A stretch of DNA of 64,000 nt from Bacteroidaceae bacterium (GTDB lineage: Bacteria > Bacteroidota > Bacteroidia > Bacteroidales > Bacteroidaceae). The stretch lies in assembly GCA_017483765.1 (NCBI GenBank), contig JAFUVE010000026.1, positions 87,814 to 151,813 on the forward strand, in the 5' to 3' direction. Below, piece after piece: positions 61,101-64,000 of the stretch. How positions within the stretch are numbered: position 1 is the first letter of the stretch; every line of letters begins with the position of its first letter. A program made the translations under genes and the position numbers. Under the pieces are notes generated by a model. That model was not told where the DNA came from and did not search any database. It saw only the letters and a program-made list of their open reading frames with translations.

Positions 61101-64000
61101 TTCATGGAACAACACTGTCAGGACGAAGATGACCCGGGCAGTCTATGAGACTTCCTTCGCTGACGTTTCCGTCACCATCACCAGATACTGGTTCAACAAT
61201 TGCACTTTGTTGACAACAGTAGAGGGACTTGACAACCTTAACACATCAGCACTGACCAACATGGAATATATGTTCCAGAACTGCTCATCACTGCAGAACA
61301 TCGACCTTTCCTCGTTCAACACAGAGAAAGTCACATCCATGCAGTATCTCTTTTATGGATGCCAGGCATTGCAGAACGTCAACATGGGAGGTATGAACAC
61401 GGCTGCAGTGACGAATATGCAATACATGTTCAGTGGTTGCTCTTCACTGCAAAATATAAACTTGGCCGGAATGAACACAGCTTCTGTCACCAACATGGCC
61501 TACATGTTCAACGGGTGCGCCAGCCTCACAAGCATTGACCTCTCATCCTTCAATACGAACAGGGTATCCAACATGAATTCCATGTTCAACGGATGTGGAA
61601 ACCTTGTGGAGGCATACATCAGCTCGGCATGGTCCACTGCTAACGTCTCTGCCGGCAATTCCACCAACATGTTCAAGGACTGCATCAATATCGTTGGGCA
61701 GGGTGGGGCTATCTACGACCCTTCACTCACAGATAAAACTCTTGCCGACGACGGGGATGACGGCTATATGCGTAGCGGAACCGACACGGAAATCGAGCCC
61801 ACTCCATACGTCATCTACAGCGAGACGGACAACACGCTCTATTTCCTCGTTGACAACAAAGTGAGAAACAAAGGGAGGTCGTTCTTGCCGCCAGGAAATA
61901 CAAACACAGTGAAAATCACCGCCGTTTATACCGGAAACCAGATAACAAACTATAAAACAAACTATTATTCCACACCTGGATGGTATAGGGAATACGCAAA
62001 CTACATCACAAGGGTGGTCATCGACGAGTCTTTCAGCACCGTTAAGCCGCTGATGCTTAGGAACTACCTGTCGTTGAAGAACATGGAGAGCATCATCGGA
62101 CTGCAATACCTCAACACTTCTGAGGCGACAACGATGGCATATATGTTTGAGGGATGCGCCAAACTGACGGGAACACTCGATCTCTCATCGTTCGACACAG
62201 GAAAAGTGGAAAATCTCAATTTCATCTTTGATGGGTGTTCTTTGCTGCAGACCATCAATGTGACGGGAGTCGTTACATCCACGGCGAATAGTTGCACTTC
62301 TATGTTCCGCAACTGTACGGCATTGGAGAACATTATCGGGCTTGAGTCGTTCGACACGTCAAACCTGACATCATTAAGTGGCCTCTTTGCCAACTGCTCA
62401 TCTCTTCTTGCGCTTGACCTCAGTGGATTCAACGTATCGAATGTTTCCAATATCAATGGCATTTTTTCTGGATGTACTGCGCTTAAGTCAATCAGCATAA
62501 AGGACTGGAATATCGCGAAACTCACGTCTCTAAGTAGTTTGTTTAAAGGGCTCATAGCACTGGAGTCTGTTGATATGAGTGGGGTGGATATTTCCAGCGT
62601 CACGAATCTTGAGACGATGTTCAGCGGCTGTACATCACTTGTGGATTTGGATGTGACGGGGTGGAACACATCTTCTGTAACCAACATGTATGGTCTGTTC
62701 AATGAATGTACGGCATTGGAAAGCATCATGGGGCTTAACTCCCTCGTTGGGGTGAATGTGGCTTCTTCTGCATATATGTTCGCCAACTGTTCATCTCTGA
62801 AGGAAATCGACCTCAGCGGATTCGGACAGGCATATCAGATGACTACTCAGGATTTCAAGACCATGTTCCAGGGATGCACAGCGCTTGAAACGCTCAATCT
62901 TGCAAATTTCGGTGTGTCATCGGTGACGGACTTTGAGTCTTTGTTTGCCGGATTAACCAACCTCAAGACCCTCAATGCCACGGGATGGAATACAAGGAAC
63001 GTCACCACGATGAAATCTATGTTCAAGGGCTGCGAATCCCTGGAGAACGTTATAGGATTCAATCAATTCAACTTCAGCAGGGTGGCTGATATGACGGAGT
63101 TGTTCTATGGATGTAAGAGTTTGGAAAATGTTCCTTTACCTTCTACAACGTTGTATGTGCGTGGAAACTTGTCGTATATGTTCTATGGATGTGAGAGCCT
63201 AACAAACATTGACCTCACCAATGTCATTTCTGGAAGCAGTTCTTACCGCTTGTCTATGAATTCGATGTTTGAAGGCTGTTCCGCGTTGGAATCAGTGAGT
63301 GGTATCAGTTTCTACGGTGTCATCAGTGCGAAAAACCTGTTTAAAGGTTGCTCCAGCCTGACTACTCTCAATCTTCCGGATGATCCGAGAATGGAAATGC
63401 TGACGGATATGACAGGTATGTTCGAAGGTTGTTCCAGCCTCACATCGCTCGATTTCTCAAAAGGCGACACCAGACGTCTTGAGCAGTTCAGCAATATGTT
63501 CAAAGACTGCTCGTCGTTGGAACGTATCTATATCGGGCCGAGTTGGATGTATTATGCGAACACTATCAGCGGTGACAATTTCGATTCGGGCGACGATGTG
63601 TTCCTCGGCTGCACAAGCATTATCGGAAGCGACGGAACCACCTATGATGCGTCGGCGGTGGATTGGCATAAGATGCACGCTGACGTGGGTGGATATCTCA
63701 CTGCGAAAGCTTTCCCGATTGCTGTCTACAGCGAAAGTACACAGGCTCTTTATTTCCTGAAGACCACCAATTGGACAAGCGGCAACTATCATCTCACTGG
63801 CAGTGCCGAGCCTCTTGAAGCAACCAATGTAATCACTGGTGAAGACGTTACCAACAACTTCCGTCACTTCCGTCTCAATAATGTGGGCGATTTAATCACC
63901 AAGGTGGTGTTCGACCAATCTTTCGCCGAAGTCCGGCCGGCATCGTGCTATGGATGGTTTGAAGACTGCGCAAACCTCACCACCCTCATCGGTCTGGAGA
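58126..64000 (+). CDS. giant multi-module BspA-like / DUF285 leucine-rich-repeat surface protein (3' end beyond the window; more than 1958 aa)
   Basis: This ORF is not in the supplied track because it is open-ended. I translated frame 1 by hand from ATG 58126. It starts with MKALLSLFLMLLTNVWTARAQ (signal peptide). About 25-26-aa repeats follow, of the form L..LDLS.F(D/N)T..VTNMS.MF..CS.L. I spot-checked the frame at 60001, 60961, 61801 and 62761-63780 and found no stops. Confidence 0.9.
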   Translation, partial: MKALLSLFLMLLTNVWTARAQGETASVVWCADNTTLYFTYRPDLPSAGGTFTPADGGSTQTVTTVWSGTAVTSSPNTPGWYNTVRNSVTTVVFEPSFSQVRPTTMRAWFYAMTKLTSINGLENLNTSSVTSMYQTFYNCQGLTSLDLSGFDTSLVTDMSGMFQGCSNLESVNLSGWTNTKVTNMSSMFNGCSKLSSVGLTGFNTAAVTNMSYMFVNCKALQTLDLSSFDTSSLTNASYMFQNCILLESADLSGWTNPKLTNLGYLFSGCSKLSSVDFTDFNTAAVQNMTYMFYGCSAMTTNNLSSFDTSSLTTTANMFQNCSMLESVNLSGWINPKLTSMSSMLYGCSKLSSVDFTDFNTAAVQNMSYMFYGCSALSALNLSSFDTSSLTTTANMFQNCTLLGSVNLSGWANPRLTNMSNMFNGCSMLSSLNLTNFNTSAVTNMSRLFNACSSLQSVDLTGFNTAAVTDFSYMFYGCSGLQTLNLSSFNTVKATNMSCMFQNCSALTSLDISGFNTTLVTNMGSMFQNCSSLTLLDLSSFNTAKVTNMSSMFYGCSLLASIYVSDAWTAAAASSSSNMFNGCNSLMGEDETTLASYSPQSLDRTHATDEAGGYLKTGTSTELPEPMPYAVWVADNSTLYFLQTKRQLVAGRSFQPEGSSTPLKMTAVWSGTSVTASGSNNPQWYNTVRSLVTNVVFESSFADVSPNSTRCWFRDCSLLENISGIGNLNTDAVTNMGYMFSGCTTLPSLNLAGLNTGAVTNMEYLFSGCAALQNLTLTGMSTATVTTMQYMFNGCSSLSSLDLSGFNTEKVQNMAYMLQNCSSLSSANLSSFNTERTQSMAYMFSGCSNLTELQLSSFNTSNVSNTAYMFNGCTRLNAVYVSTTWTLSRVTSANNYKEMFTGCEAIIGQDGTTYDAAAVDKTKANYAVGGYLRHGTDAEGDLTTYALWCEGNATLYFQQSTKKLLAGSTFFPEGSENGQVVTNLWTANAVTNYSWNNTVRTKMTRAVYETSFADVSVTITRYWFNNCTLLTTVEGLDNLNTSALTNMEYMFQNCSSLQNIDLSSFNTEKVTSMQYLFYGCQALQNVNMGGMNTAAVTNMQYMFSGCSSLQNINLAGMNTASVTNMAYMFNGCASLTSIDLSSFNTNRVSNMNSMFNGCGNLVEAYISSAWSTANVSAGNSTNMFKDCINIVGQGGAIYDPSLTDKTLADDGDDGYMRSGTDTEIEPTPYVIYSETDNTLYFLVDNKVRNKGRSFLPPGNTNTVKITAVYTGNQITNYKTNYYSTPGWYREYANYITRVVIDESFSTVKPLMLRNYLSLKNMESIIGLQYLNTSEATTMAYMFEGCAKLTGTLDLSSFDTGKVENLNFIFDGCSLLQTINVTGVVTSTANSCTSMFRNCTALENIIGLESFDTSNLTSLSGLFANCSSLLALDLSGFNVSNVSNINGIFSGCTALKSISIKDWNIAKLTSLSSLFKGLIALESVDMSGVDISSVTNLETMFSGCTSLVDLDVTGWNTSSVTNMYGLFNECTALESIMGLNSLVGVNVASSAYMFANCSSLKEIDLSGFGQAYQMTTQDFKTMFQGCTALETLNLANFGVSSVTDFESLFAGLTNLKTLNATGWNTRNVTTMKSMFKGCESLENVIGFNQFNFSRVADMTELFYGCKSLENVPLPSTTLYVRGNLSYMFYGCESLTNIDLTNVISGSSSYRLSMNSMFEGCSALESVSGISFYGVISAKNLFKGCSSLTTLNLPDDPRMEMLTDMTGMFEGCSSLTSLDFSKGDTRRLEQFSNMFKDCSSLERIYIGPSWMYYANTISGDNFDSGDDVFLGCTSIIGSDGTTYDASAVDWHKMHADVGGYLTAKAFPIAVYSESTQALYFLKTTNWTSGNYHLTGSAEPLEATNVITGEDVTNNFRHFRLNNVGDLITKVVFDQSFAEVRPASCYGWFEDCANLTTLIGLE
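58867..59334 (+). repeat. 2 x 234-bp (3-LRR) near-identical tandem duplication inside the BspA-like gene
   Basis: 58867-59100 and 59101-59334 align codon for codon. For example, ggatg(t/c)tccaaactcagcagcgttgatttcacagacttcaaca occurs in both. Confidence 0.8.

Noticed and set aside
59001-63867. Minus-strand ORFs 59001-59204, 59313-59516, 60586-60924, 61723-62106, 62064-62786, 63457-63867 and others
   Set aside because: They are antisense shadows of the giant plus-strand BspA-like ORF. Their mutual similarity only reflects the LRR repeats on the opposite strand.

Overview
This is a Bacteroidales (Prevotellaceae-like) chromosomal segment. The assignment rests on SusC/SusD pairs, a hybrid two-component regulator, TAnnTTTG -7 promoter boxes, BspA/DUF285 repeats and an AAA-ATPase-like/PD-(D/E)XK family gene.

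(1) 0.9-36 kb, all minus strand: one polysaccharide utilisation locus (PUL). It holds an HTCS regulator, three PL11-type rhamnogalacturonan-lyase-like beta-propeller proteins, two tandem SusC/SusD pairs, three fasciclin (FAS1) lipoproteins and a 988-aa protein with no recognisable catalytic domain. One PL11 protein (1554 aa) is fused to autotransporter-type PATR repeats. No glycoside hydrolase is visible in the locus. Four PUL proteins end in a near-identical ~53-aa dockerin-type double EF-hand module. A fifth copy sits at the N-terminus of a protein at 45.4-47.1 kb. I see no recognisable cohesin in the window. This dockerin-tagged PUL secretome is my top candidate for an undescribed system.

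(2) 36-42.5 kb: housekeeping genes (DUF418 membrane protein, pyrE, SRPBCC, argH, aldo/keto reductase).

(3) 42.6-52 kb: a visibly AT-richer accessory mosaic. It contains a Kelch protein, an AAA-ATPase-like/PDDEXK gene with an unusual N-terminal extension plus an internally deleted paralog, a small envelope-protein trio, a TPR-TM-HTH regulator and a PIN toxin carrying an in-frame TAA.

(4) 52-57.8 kb: a partial glycan-synthesis cluster (Wzx, GT14, LicD, GT-A). It is interrupted by an opposite-strand KilA-N plus YefM-like pair.

(5) 58126 to the window end: a giant open-ended plus-strand ORF of more than 1958 aa that is absent from the supplied ORF track. It encodes a five-module BspA/DUF285 leucine-rich-repeat surface protein.

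Non-coding oddities:
- Short-period (7/9/14 bp) tandem arrays with palindromic cores fill many intergenic spacers.
- A tRNA-Ser has a duplicated 3' end that flanks a 166-bp nested-palindrome element.
- A 32-bp hairpin block recurs after two unrelated genes.

All family assignments come from motif recognition by eye. No searches were run.
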